Shown: positions 36,622 through 48,820, numbered from the whole stretch's first letter. The stretch is DNA of 63,130 nucleotides, filler included, from Globobulimina sp. (GCA_003354225.1; 57 parts of 57 records of this genome joined end to end with filler, not necessarily neighbours in it), one strand, 5' to 3'. A program made the numbers and translations. The notes: a model not told the origin generated them from the sequence alone.

Positions 36622-37628
36622 TCATACCAAACATCTTCCTGTAAACCAAAACTATATGCTCTGTTTTTCACATCATAATAGTCTTCCATTCCTAATGTAT
36701 GCGGATTAGCATAGGGGTTCTGTATAAAGTTGTATACACCATAGCCATTGTTTTTCAATACACTCGGCAAATTCTTCTCGTATTTACTAACTGGATTGAA
36801 AAAAGCTCTATACCAAACCTTATGAGTCCAGGGTCTATGTCCTGTCATCATGCTCATTGTGGCAGGAGTTGTCCAGTTGGTTACTGCATAATACCTATTG
36901 AATACAATCGCATCTTTTGCCCACTCTGAGATAAAAGGCGTAGTAGGTCGACTGTATCCATATAGCTGCATATCAAGAGCAGTTAAGGAATCCATCGAAA
37001 CTAAAACAATATTTGGACGGTTAATATTACCTGTTGAAATCTGTTCCTGAGTACTACTATTTAAAGCATCGGTAGGTTTAAGAACTACAGATATAGAAAT
37101 GACCACAGCAACAACAGATAAGAATACAAAAAGCCACACTAATGGTGTAATGCGAGAATCTATAACATCAAGTAATTTCTCATTATGTTTGCGCAAAAGC
37201 CATACAACAATAACAGTAACCGGAATCACCGTTATTAAAAATGATACATGGCTCATTCCTAACTTTTCAGCCAAGGGAAAGTTTCTCAATATTATGATTA
37301 GAGAAAAATATAAACTAAGCCACGTTATTAAATGTTCAAAGCTCAATGAAATGAACAACTTGACACTTATTCGATACAATATATAAATACCTGAGTATAA
37401 AATAAATGCTAAAGACACAATAATGGCAGAATTAATAAGAAATATCACTGATACACTTGGCATGAAATCCTTGAAACTTATGTAGGCAGAAAATCCATCG
37501 TATTTATCAAAAGCTTCATTTAAAAACTGAAGCGACGCAACAACAAACGCCACTCGTGTAAATAATATAGCTCCTCGACCAAAAGAGAGTGCTATATTTT
37601 CAGATGTTTTTGTGTCTTGTTTGCTCAT
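36622..37628 (-). CDS. Bacterial-type membrane-anchored sulfatase-like hydrolase
   Basis: 5 TM then RPNIVLVSMDSL, YGYSRPTTP, WTTPATMSMMTG; intronless. Confidence 0.85.
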
Positions 37629-37925
37629 GTNNNNNNNNNNNNNNNNNNNNNNNNNNNNNNNNNNNNNNNNNNNNTTAATTAATTAANNNNNNNNNNNNNN
37701 NNNNNNNNNNNNNNNNNNNNNNNNNNNNNNATGGTGTGATTTTTCAGTGTTTTTTTAAAGTTCTGTCATTAGGCATTTTTTGCTTTATCGCGAAATTAAA
37801 CAAACGAGAGTAATCACACAACAATCAATCCCATTATAACAATCAAAAATAATAAAGCATTATTGTATAGATAAATGTTTAAGATACAAAATACGTGCAT
37901 GGTACATTCAGATCAGATCTGAAGA

Positions 37926-38555
37926 TCATAATTTTGATTGAATATTTAGGATTTTATCAATCTTATCTTCAATTCTCATGGTAGCTGCTCTCTGTTCCAT
38001 ATAAAATGCAATTTGTCTTTGTTGAACATTTCTGTCTTTATGCAAATTAATTTCTTGATATATTACTTCCAAATAATTATTCACTTGATCCAAATAATTA
38101 ATAAAATCTTTTAAATGTTTTGTAACTTTTTGTATTGCAGAATCCTTTTTTTGCCCTCTGCCATATACATAATTCACTATCGGATATCCATTTTGATATT
38201 CCTCACTTATTTCCTCATATTCAGATTGTGCTGTCTTTAATTTATTGCTAAAATGTTTAAGCTCTGAAGGTAAAGATGCTAATTTATTTTTAGTCAATTC
38301 CTGAAACCAAATTGTATCATATTCGACTTGTTTTTCATCGCATTTAAACACTTCAATCATATCGTCAAATGCTTGTTGAATAAGATTTTTTTTTTCATTC
38401 TTCAATTTATCTGCAGCTTTAAATGTCTTTTGCAATGAAGACGATATTTCTGATTGAGACGTTCCACGTTCCTGTAACCAAATAAAAGTCTCTTTGATTG
38501 CACTAAAGACACCACCAATTGTTACTACACGTTCAATAATCTTCCATGCAACCAT
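37926..38555 (-). CDS. Complete alpha-helical/coiled-coil hypothetical protein
   Basis: ATG-to-stop 209 aa, intronless, amphipathic N-terminus. Confidence 0.6.
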   Translation of the reverse strand: MVAWKIIERVVTIGGVFSAIKETFIWLQERGTSQSEISSSLQKTFKAADKLKNEKKNLIQQAFDDMIEVFKCDEKQVEYDTIWFQELTKNKLASLPSELKHFSNKLKTAQSEYEEISEEYQNGYPIVNYVYGRGQKKDSAIQKVTKHLKDFINYLDQVNNYLEVIYQEINLHKDRNVQQRQIAFYMEQRAATMRIEDKIDKILNIQSKL

Positions 38556-38839
38556 TGTGTGATTGTAATGACGTGAATCTTTGAATATGTTTAATTAAAT
38601 TAAAATTCTACAGTTTCGATCATGAGCTAAATCAAGGTCAAATAGGAAAACTCTATTTGGTTTGTTTTTTGGATTTGGTTTGTATCGACAAGGCGGGATT
38701 ATCTTTTGGAATATATCGTTTGGGCATTTTTGCTTTAACNNNNNNNNNNNNNNNNNNNNNNNNNNNNNNNNNNNNNNNNNNNNTTAATTAATTAANNNNN
38801 NNNNNNNNNNNNNNNNNNNNNNNNNNNNNNNNNNNNNNN

Positions 38840-39848
38840 CACGCAAAGAAGAACTGTCTCGCGCAATATTAGCATCAGCGGATATGATAGAAGGAGGCGA
38901 CTTTGATCCAGTGGAAAAACTGATTAAAGATGCTGTACAAATATCGCTTACACGCGACATGGGCACAAATTATTTCGAAGATCCAAAAGCAAGATTATTA
39001 GCATTGCGCGATAATAACGGTCAATGTAGTACAGGCTGGAAAGGACTGGACCGCAAGCTATACGGCGGCTTTAACAAAGGCGAGCTGAATGTATTTGCTG
39101 GTGGCAGTGGATCGGGCAAGTCATTGTTCATGCAGAACTTGGCTTGTAACTGGATTGAGCAAGGACTTAACGGCGTTTACATAACACTGGAATTAAGTGA
39201 AAAACTTTCAGCAATGCGTATTGACAGCATGTTAGCGGGCGTAGCATCCAATCAAATATTTAAAGACGTTGACAACGTAGCAACTAAAATTTCAATTATT
39301 GGCAAGAAGTGCGGCAACTTACAAGTTAAGTATATGCCAGCACAGTCAACAGTAAACGACATTAGAGCATACTTAAGAGAATTACATATACAGACTGGCA
39401 AGCAGATTGATTTCTTGTTAGTGGATTATTTAGATTTGATTATGCCAGTTAGCATAAAGATATCTCCAAGTGATGTATTCATTAAAGACAAGTACGTATC
39501 AGAAGAACTGCGCAACTTAGCAAGCGAACTACAAATATTGTTTGTAACAGCATCACAGTTGAACCGATCTGCTGTAGAAGAAGTAGACTTTGACCACAGC
39601 ATGATTGCTGGTGGCTTAAGCAAGATCAACACTGCGGACAACGTGTTTGGTATATTCACATCACGTTCAATGCGTGAGCACGGACGTTATCAACTACAAC
39701 TTATGAAGACACGTTCAAGCAGCGGTGTAGGACAGAAAGTCGATTTGTCGTTTGACATTGACACACTGCGCATCGTAGATACAGATGACGATGATCAAAC
39801 ACCGTCTGGACCACCGTCTAGCGATATAATGAACCGTATTAAAAACAA
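38840..39848 (+). CDS. Phage DnaB-like replicative helicase (T4 gp41 type)
   Basis: TGW..LD..LYGG, Walker A GGSGSGKS, ITLELSE, VDYLDL, VSEELRNLA, TASQLNRSA. Confidence 0.9.
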
Positions 39849-39948
39849 NNNNNNNNNNNNNNNNNNNNNNNNNNNNNNNNNNNNNNNNNNNNTTAATTAA
39901 TTAANNNNNNNNNNNNNNNNNNNNNNNNNNNNNNNNNNNNNNNNNNNN

Positions 39949-40957
39949 GCCGTAGCAAACGACATAAAAGTGGCCAGCCACTCGGTTGGAATGATCAGAG
40001 ACCCACAAACACATCAAATCCGCCACAAACTCTCCCGAATAATAATAACAAGCCTAATATACCAAATATAACTTGTTATCGTTGCGGCTTTGATGGACAT
40101 GGTCGCCGAGATTGTATGGCAACCATTAATAAAAAGGGACAGCCGATAAATGACTATCGAACTAATGCTGTAAAGCAACAGCTATCCCTTCAAAGAACAT
40201 TGAATGACTCCCATACTGCCACACAACTGCAACACCAACAAAACTCCCAACAAAATGACCAACAGCAACACCTACAAAGTGACCAAACTCAGCAGCAACA
40301 TAATCAACAGCAACAACAACATAATACACCGAATATACAACAGCATACACACAAAAATGATAGAAATAAAAATAAAACTAAACAAAATAGACAGAATCCC
40401 CGGAGTGGTAATACCACCACAAACACCCAACATTTTCCATTCTTTCACCAATAAAAAACAGCAACGGCACATAAATGATAAAAATCGAGTCGAAAGCAGC
40501 GAGTATGGCTACTTTCGTGGACTATATACCTTAATAAACGGCGATGAAACTGACAAAGCAATGCTATCTTCCGCCGACCAGCCACAATTTTATGTGCCTC
40601 CAAACACAAATATGTACACAATAACTCCCGATAATGTTATTTATATTGACCATGATGATGAACTTTTTGATTCTGATTTGGACCAAATTAATGATGCTGA
40701 TTTAGCACAAATTCCATGTCTCTCAAATGTGTTAATGTATCATCCATATTATAATAAAAACAAAATGCATGAACTATACGCAATGGATACCATAAATACT
40801 GCAAATATTGATGTACCTATAAACCATATAACTTTTGATATTGATGTACCTTTTTCTGGATCAATCACTGCCGTCGCCGATGATGGCTCTAATATACAAT
40901 GTATAAATAAAAAAATTGCAGACAAATATGCACAATTTTTAGCTCGCGATCGCCGTA
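39949..40957 (+). mobile_element. LTR-retrotransposon gag end (CCHC knuckle) and overlapping aspartic protease ORF
   Basis: CYRCGFDGHGRRDC (40074-40115) = CX2CX4HX4C; ITAVADDGSNIQCIN in the +1 frame. Confidence 0.7.
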
Positions 40958-41057
40958 NNNNNNNNNNNNNNNNNNNNNNNNNNNNNNNNNNNNNNNNNNN
41001 NTTAATTAATTAANNNNNNNNNNNNNNNNNNNNNNNNNNNNNNNNNNNNNNNNNNNN

Positions 41058-41838
41058 ACAAAATTGAAGTACAATAAAATTATCAAGGTAACAAAGGCTG
41101 AAATGCCTAACCTTTACAACTATAAAATAGCTGAAAAAAGACAAAATCCTGGAAATGGAGGCTCGGCAGCAATCAGTGAACAAATGATAGCAAAATGGAT
41201 AAAGATATTGGAAAATGACAAAATCATGGACAAAATAACAAAATTATCATGGATTGGAACTATAAGTATGGCATTCACGGAAATAAAGAGAATTAGTGAA
41301 TACACAATAGAAATGAATATGGATAATAATGTTACATATAAAAACATGGAATTTGAGCATAGATTGAACACAAATCAATGGAATAAATCGACATACATTA
41401 TATGGACGAGGGAAACAGGCAAAACGCACCAATTTAATACAAAAAATTGCAAGCTACAGTCTGCCATAATATGTCAATGCAAAACAGATTGCAAAATATG
41501 TACAAAATGTGCATTGATGAAACTAACGGCAGAAAGGATGAAGAACAATAAAATCAAGAAAAGCGATCACATCTTCACCAGCTATGGCAAACCAATAAAT
41601 AAATACATGGTTGGTAACAAATTAAAGGAACTATGCATACAAACGGGATTGGACCCAATGAAGCATACACCCCACGGACTAAGAAAGGGGGGGCACTCAG
41701 AAGGCGATAGCCGATGGTATGCCACTGCCACAAATTCAAAAACAAGCGGATTGGAGTGGACCATCGATGATATTCAGATATAATAACAACGTAAACATAC
41801 AGAAGCAAATAGCAATAATGAAACAAGTTTACAAATGA
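41058..41838 (+). mobile_element. DIRS-type retrotransposon tyrosine recombinase, 1-nt frameshift in G-run near 41690
   Basis: AFTEIKRISE (R), CALM, HGLRKGG; removing one G continues TQKAIADGMPLPQIQKQADWSGPSMIFRY with the catalytic W and Y. Confidence 0.85.
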
Positions 41839-42307
41839 ACACTAAACTTGAATCAATTTAATTTAAATTATTTAAGACACACAAACTACGAAAGTAAAAC
41901 GGAAACGATTGGTAACTACTATAGAAACTAGGAAAGACTAACGAATGGTATATGAAGTGTTTCTGGGACCACCCGTAAGACCCATAATAGTCCCAGTAAC
42001 ACCGAAATATCCTACCTAGTTATTACCAAACGTCCCAAACACTATACACAGGTATCGACAAATATANNNNNNNNNNNNNNNNNNNNNNNNNNNNNNNNNN
42101 NNNNNNNNNNTTAATTAATTAANNNNNNNNNNNNNNNNNNNNNNNNNNNNNNNNNNNNNNNNNNNNTTTTAAGGTTTTTCACTTAGATTTCTAAAAAAAC
42201 ATGCTCATAAGTATAACCTAGGAGTCCCCAAAATACCAATGAGAATAATCCATGAAAATGAGAATATTCCATGCAAATGATAATTAGCACCAAGAACTAA
42301 TTATAAA

Positions 42308-42458
42308 AAAAGAGCATCAGGTTTTCAGCGTCAGATTTTTATTGTTTCTGAGAAACGAAGGCAAACATACATTATTTTTACCTTTATCAGGCACTAGAAA
42401 CGATTTGCTTACACCTTACTCCAATAAAAATCTGACGCTGAAGACCGGATGCTCTTTT
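42308..42458 (+). mobile_element. MITE with 37-bp TIRs (2 mismatches)
   Basis: AAAAGAGCATCAGGTTTTCAGCGTCAGATTTTTATTG ... CAATAAAAATCTGACGCTGAAGACCGGATGCTCTTTT; second copy at 2487-2628. Confidence 0.9.
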
Positions 42459-43040
42459 AAAACATTATTAATAATGATGAAATATGAGGTATATTAGTTT
42501 ATTATACTTGCGAGCATATTTTTTTATACTAAATGATGATGATGGCAGGAGGTGTTTAACACGACAATTTAAAGAATTTTCTTTAAAAAAAAAACAGAAT
42601 TTTCTGGAAATTTCTCAAAAATTTTCAATAATTTCTTTTTGTTGCAAAATGGTGATTTGAGATGAACCAAGTTATTATATTTTTTTTTGTCGTGAAATTT
42701 TTTAACTGACTAATCAAAATATTTTTTATTTTCCGGAAATTTCTTTAAAAAAAACAATTTCAATAATTGCTACAGTATATATGACTTAGGATAATATATT
42801 TAATAAATGGTGGACCTGTCAAGGGATCATATAAGATCATATTTGTTGCCATCATCATAACAATCCAATAATTAATTTCCAATTCCAATCAATCCATCAA
42901 ATTCCAATACAACGTGATAAAGATGCAGTTTGATATACTGCATTTTCACGTTATATTTAATATAAATAATTAATTGGAGCTTGCGTGTCATAGCAGAGGC
43001 TCATGTTTATTAAATCAAATAATAATATCATCCATTCCAT

Positions 43041-43068
43041 ATCTCACCGTAGGATTCGAACCTACATC
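43041..43068 (-). pseudogene. tRNA 3'-half relic (T arm plus acceptor strand)
   Basis: GTAGG-TTCGAAT-CCTAC-GGTGAGA; no matching 5' half. Confidence 0.45.
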
Positions 43069-43284
43069 CATTTCGTTTGTAATCCATTCAAACCAATTTT
43101 TCTTATTTCTTCTATTTTAGATTGCTTTAAATCGATTTCATCTGAATTTAATACTTAATTGAGTTAAAGAGCATCNNNNNNNNNNNNNNNNNNNNNNNNN
43201 NNNNNNNNNNNNNNNNNNNTTAATTAATTAANNNNNNNNNNNNNNNNNNNNNNNNNNNNNNNNNNNNNNNNNNNNAATTTTTAT

Positions 43285-43329
<45 letters not shown>

Positions 43330-43674
43330 CGTAGAACGTTGTCCCGAAACTGAAGTATATCATGTGAATTTTTCAGAATTTTCTCAAGCAGCCAACTTAT
43401 CCACATGACAGTGAGAAATATTTATTTGCGCGTTTATCGATCTAAAATAATTACTTCTGGCTCAGCCAATGCTCCTTTATTTGCAAGAAGTTACACACAT
43501 TCATTCCTGATCGACATGCTAGCATTGAAAATAACAAACAAATGATACAAAAATAAAGATAGATTATGGAAACATCAGTTTAGAAAATACAATCGACCGT
43601 GGACACGAACTAATTATAGCAGTGGGTCACCAGTATCAACACCGTTATATACAATAAAAAGATTTTTCAATCAA

Positions 43675-44271
43675 TTGCCCTCTCCAATTCGTAATATAAT
43701 ATATGTAAACAGTGCAGTTTTATTTTTATTTCAGATTGCTCCGAGCTTTGCATTCTCGAATTTCACCATCAAACCGGGTGATATTACAAGCGGCAAATTT
43801 TATACTCCGTTAACATCCATATTTGGACATTTCTCATTCCTCCATTTTGGTTTTAATATGTTAATGCTATATTTTTATGGTCCAATGGTATTGTCCTATT
43901 TATCCATGCGTCAATTTTATACATTATATTTAAGTTCGGGCTGTTTTGGTTCATTGCTTTCTTTGACTACAATGCAAAGAAATGGTGCTTCATTGGGTGC
44001 CTCTGGCTCAATATTTGGGATCATGGCATTTATGACAATGAAGGCACCGCATTCATCATTGTTATTGTATGGCATATTACCAATGAAATTGTGGCAACTC
44101 ATGGCTTTGGTGGTTTGTGTCGAATCATTGTTATTGTCACGAAAATTAAGAATGCAAAATGAATATGGAACTTCACACCGTCGTGGTGTTGGTATCTCGC
44201 ACGAAGCGCATTTAACTGGTGTTGCAACCGGATTTTTGTACTATTATGCACTCATCAATGGGATGGTTTAA
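43675..44271 (+). CDS. Rhomboid intramembrane serine protease (PARL/Pcp1-like)
   Basis: TSIFGHFSFLHFGFNM, LGASGS, ISHEAHLTG. Confidence 0.9.
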   Translation: MPSPIRNIIYVNSAVLFLFQIAPSFAFSNFTIKPGDITSGKFYTPLTSIFGHFSFLHFGFNMLMLYFYGPMVLSYLSMRQFYTLYLSSGCFGSLLSLTTMQRNGASLGASGSIFGIMAFMTMKAPHSSLLLYGILPMKLWQLMALVVCVESLLLSRKLRMQNEYGTSHRRGVGISHEAHLTGVATGFLYYYALINGMV

Positions 44272-44392
44272 TTGCATGACATTANNNNNNNNNNNNNNNN
44301 NNNNNNNNNNNNNNNNNNNNNNNNNNNNTTAATTAATTAANNNNNNNNNNNNNNNNNNNNNNNNNNNNNNNNNNNNNNNNNNNNTATTTATT

Positions 44393-45178
44393 GTGGTTTA
44401 CTTATTTTTTTGCTTATATTATTTGTCGAGAAAACAAGAAAATAAACCATTTGAACCTCATCAACATATAGCAGCAATAAAAAAAGACAGAAATAATAAA
44501 TATAATACACGCGAATGTTTGTTTGTAAGTAACATCGCCAAAAAATTATTAGAGTGTGACATAAAAGAGTTATTTGGCGATTATGGCGAAATTGTCAGCT
44601 TTGATTTTCAGGAAAGAAGAGGCGATCAATTAAATATTTGTCTGGTTGAATTTAAATCTGTCGATGACGCGAACAGAGCAATGGGAGAATTGAATGGTGT
44701 CGAAATTGAACATCATTTGCTGTGTATACAGCCAGGCTCGCAATACACACCAAATATAGCTGCAGTCACTACAATGCAGCCCGTTGCAGTCAGTACTCAC
44801 AATTATAATAATAATGAGCAGAAAGTATTGATTAGAATTGATACTGTCGAGAATATTGAGAATATTGAGGATGTTGATGATGTTGATACGAATATGAATA
44901 ATAATGCAAAAATTGAAAATAAAAACAATTTTCTGAATCTGGCTGCATCGAATGTGGTGAGTCCCAGTGCAACAATGTCAATGCAACAGGTCGACAGCGA
45001 CTTTCGTTACTACACTGATGATAATTGTGAAGCTATTCATGTCTCGGATTCTGATCAAATAGACTTTGCAGACAATAAACAAATATTTGCACTCAAACAA
45101 TTTGTAGCAAAAAAATTAACACTGGAGAATGAGGACCATTACAATGATTATGTTGGTATTGACATTGAAGAGGATTAA
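44393..45178 (+). CDS. RRM-domain protein fragment
   Basis: LFVSNI...ELFGDYGEI...CLVEFKSVDDANRAMGELNG. Confidence 0.85.
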   Translation: MVYLFFCLYYLSRKQENKPFEPHQHIAAIKKDRNNKYNTRECLFVSNIAKKLLECDIKELFGDYGEIVSFDFQERRGDQLNICLVEFKSVDDANRAMGELNGVEIEHHLLCIQPGSQYTPNIAAVTTMQPVAVSTHNYNNNEQKVLIRIDTVENIENIEDVDDVDTNMNNNAKIENKNNFLNLAASNVVSPSATMSMQQVDSDFRYYTDDNCEAIHVSDSDQIDFADNKQIFALKQFVAKKLTLENEDHYNDYVGIDIEED

Positions 45179-45894
45179 CAGTAGTTTTATAATAAGTTTT
45201 TTGTTTGTCGTGATACTTAAATAATGTTTGTTGGATTATAGTTTTGTACACGTTATATTATTAATAGTTATATGGATATGTACAATTCTTCCCGCAACTG
45301 ATTGAAATAGTATTTTTTTAACTGATTGAAATAATATTATTTTTTTGTTTGTTATATTATTTTATAAAAAATATATCCATTGTTATAGTTCATNNNNNNN
45401 NNNNNNNNNNNNNNNNNNNNNNNNNNNNNNNNNNNNNTTAATTAATTAANNNNNNNNNNNNNNNNNNNNNNNNNNNNNNNNNNNNNNNNNNNNATTCAAC
45501 TTTTCTGCACTTTTCATGACATTTAGTTTGTGCTTGAACCATTATCTCATTTTTTTGATTGACATTAAATTGCCATCGCTCCATTGATGATCCATTTGTT
45601 TGAATGGTTAAAATTATTTGAGGATTGTATTTCTGTTTTATTGCATCAGGTAAATCCCGTTTTAATTTTTCGCTTAATTCTGAGAATTCGAAGTCGTAAT
45701 CATCTCCAATACGACAGCTTGTTATCGCTGTAATAGCTGATTCAATTTGCTGTCATTTAAAATGGTGACTGCTTGTGCCAGTTATTTGATGCAGAATACC
45801 TTATGGATTGGTTCCACTTCCACTGACATTACTTTTTGATAGTTTTGTGACTTAAAGTCTATCAAAAATCCTCTGTCGAATTAACATTTTAACA

Positions 45895-46502
45895 ATGACT
45901 GCAAAAGCTTGTGATGAACCACCACCAGCTAAAAAAGTAAGGTTGAATGATGGTTGTGAATCAAAACAAGAATCAAATGAAGAAAATTTAGTTTGGATCG
46001 ACTGTGAAATGACAGGCTTAGATACCAATATTCATCATATTTGTGAAATTGCTGTGTTAATAACAGATAAAGATTTAAATATTATTGCTGAAGGACCGGA
46101 TATTGTTATAAATTTATCGAAAGATATACTTTCAAATATGAGTGAATGGTGTGTTCAACATCACGGACAATCCGGATTAACAAAACAAATCAAAGAATCA
46201 CCAAATACAATGCAAAATGCTGAAATTCAAATTTTACAATTCATACGAAAATATGTACCAAAGAACACAGCGCCGTTATGTGGTAATTCTATTCATGCCG
46301 ATAGGCGATTTTTAGCCATTGATATGCCACAAATTGTGGAATATCTTCATTATCGGATCATTGATGTGTCGACAATAAAGGAACTTTGTAAGAGATGGTA
46401 TCCGCAAATATATGCAAATGCGCCACGAAAAAAATGTGCACACAGAGCATTGGATGATATAAAAGAGCGTATAGAGGATCTAAAATATTATAAAAATAAA
46501 AT
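45895..46502 (+). CDS. REXO2: Oligoribonuclease (DEDDh; Orn/REXO2)
   Basis: LVWIDCEMTGLD, PLCGNSIHADRRFL, LHYRIIDVSTIKEL, HRALDDI. Confidence 0.95.
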
Positions 46503-46602
46503 NNNNNNNNNNNNNNNNNNNNNNNNNNNNNNNNNNNNNNNNNNNNTTAATTAATTAANNNNNNNNNNNNNNNNNNNNNNNNNNNNNNNNNNNNNNNNNN
46601 NN

Positions 46603-47358
46603 TAATCTCTCTGCGATGCGGTCTTTATTCATTTGTAATTTACCGAGCTTCGGTGTATATGAAAAACAACTTTTAATCTTAACGCCATTACATTTTGTGT
46701 ATGAATCTGGGTTAAATCGTATATACAATATTGGTCTATAATTAACCAATTCAGAAAGATTATTTACCCGTATATCTTCACATTGCTGATTATAATTTTT
46801 ATGTTGATTTTCATCAATTTCAAGGATTAAAATGTGAGTTCCGTAATCCATGAATTTATCCGGTCTTTTGTTTATTCCACACGTATTTGGGATTACTTTG
46901 TCAACATATTGCCATGTAAATAACGGATGCAATGCCTTATCAACATCATCAATTAAATTTTGTTTAAGAACACGCTGTTTGCGCCCAGCCAATGAATCGG
47001 GATTAAGAAAATAATAACACGCTGCACAGTTTTTCCCATCCCCGTATCGTTTATTCTTATTAGTATGTTTGCAGCATTCGCATAGGCCGCCACCAGTCCC
47101 ACACATCGTGCAACTATATTTTAATTTATTATGATGGCATAGCGAACCGCCTGTTGCACATAATGTACATCTATGTTTTCGTCTGAAATGATGACATAAT
47201 GATTTACCACCGATCCCAAGTTTTTTACATAAAACGCATACGAATTTTTGTCGTCCATGTAATTCACATTTTGAGCGACAGTATCTACATACATCACCGG
47301 TTTTTGTAAAATGACTTGGTGGTTTAGCATTATTGCATTTAGCACATTCCTTATCCAT
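46603..47358 (-). CDS. NCLDV-type PD-(D/E)xK endonuclease with N-terminal Cys/His zinc repeats
   Basis: CxH.....CxxC repeats; KRPDKF.D...LILEIDENQH..Y...CE..R; YIRFNPDSY. Confidence 0.75.
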
Positions 47359-47787
47359 TGTTATATGTTGGATTAAATCAAAGAATATAATAAGGTTTTT
47401 GAAGGGTTAAGAGTATATAGAGTATATAACAGTGTATAACAATTGTTATTAAGTTATAATTAAGATACAATTAAATTTTAAAATTTATTAAAATTATAAT
47501 AATAGTATAATAATATAAAAAGATAATATGTCCTTACCACAAAACGTAAAATCTGCATTAACTGAGTTTTTGTCAAATGAAAAATTAATTAGCAGCGCCA
47601 CTGCCGCATTGNNNNNNNNNNNNNNNNNNNNNNNNNNNNNNNNNNNNNNNNNNNNTTAATTAATTAANNNNNNNNNNNNNNNNNNNNNNNNNNNNNNNNN
47701 NNNNNNNNNNNTGTTGAATTTAGCTTTTGTTAACATCTTTTTAATCAGTCATTAATAATTTAATATTTCAAAAGTCTATTTTCAGAA

Positions 47788-48587
47788 TCATTCATTTTTG
47801 ATTAAATCAACAGTCTTGAAAAAAGGCCCACGATCACAACCATTTAAACCGTGAATGACACCATATTCCAACAGAATCAGCCTTTCACGAACATCCATCC
47901 AGATATTCATTATGCTTGGAGATATTTTACAATCGTAACCATCTTCAATAATCCCTCCCAAACAGCATCTACTATTATCATATTCAATGCTATCCATTTT
48001 GAATGTTTGGCTAGTGTATATTTTGTTTCTATGAACTAATTCAATTGACAATTCAATCTCATAATTTTGTTTGATAATTGTACTGCTATCTTTATGAATA
48101 CGGGTCATTGTGTAAAAGTTTCTTAAATTTATTATGTTTTCTGCTAGAATTCTCACCGAATCAATTGTTGCATCGGCCCATTCATCACTTTCACTCTCGC
48201 CAATCTGAATTGTCTGTATTATCTCATTACGAGCCATATCATATAGATGTAAAAAAATGCCCTCATCATAACAACAGGAATAATTATTGATACTTACGAT
48301 TACATATTGCCCACTAAATGTGGCAGCAGGCATATTTGATATAATAGACTCATCATTTGTAACTCTTGGTTTTTGATTTAATGTATCAAATGATAGATTA
48401 AAGGTTTCTATTAATGATATGGTGTCAATTGGATTGTCTTTATCTGATTTTTTATTACACAGGTAAGTAGAATCTGTTATTATTTTGTCTTTTTGCTTAT
48501 TTGAGCGTAGGGTATTATCAATTTTTGGTGAATAGTTACATGATATTAGAAGAATGATTAATAAGGTCATTACTATGTAGTTCATTT
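47788..48587 (-). CDS. Bacterial lipoprotein-like hypothetical (Bacteroidota-style signal)
   Basis: MNYIVMTLLIILLISC lipobox-like N-terminus; intronless. Confidence 0.55.
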
Positions 48588-48820
48588 TCTTTGATTTGCT
48601 TTTTTTGAAAAAAAGGCGGTATATAAAACAGAAATCTTCTTTTTTCAGGGGTGTCATGTAATTTCTCAATAAAAACCTAATTTTTAGTTACATAAAACCT
48701 TTCGTTAATAATTGCTTGAANNNNNNNNNNNNNNNNNNNNNNNNNNNNNNNNNNNNNNNNNNNNTTAATTAATTAANNNNNNNNNNNNNNNNNNNNNNNN
48801 NNNNNNNNNNNNNNNNNNNN

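Noticed and set aside
43276..43325. Poly(T)/poly(A) tract as a retroposed tail
   Set aside because: At contig edge, no TSD or associated element; likely low-complexity assembly end
36622..48720. Apparent cluster of phage helicase, recombinase, gag, nuclease and sulfatase as one island or system
   Set aside because: Each lies on a separate, length-sorted contig; adjacency is meaningless
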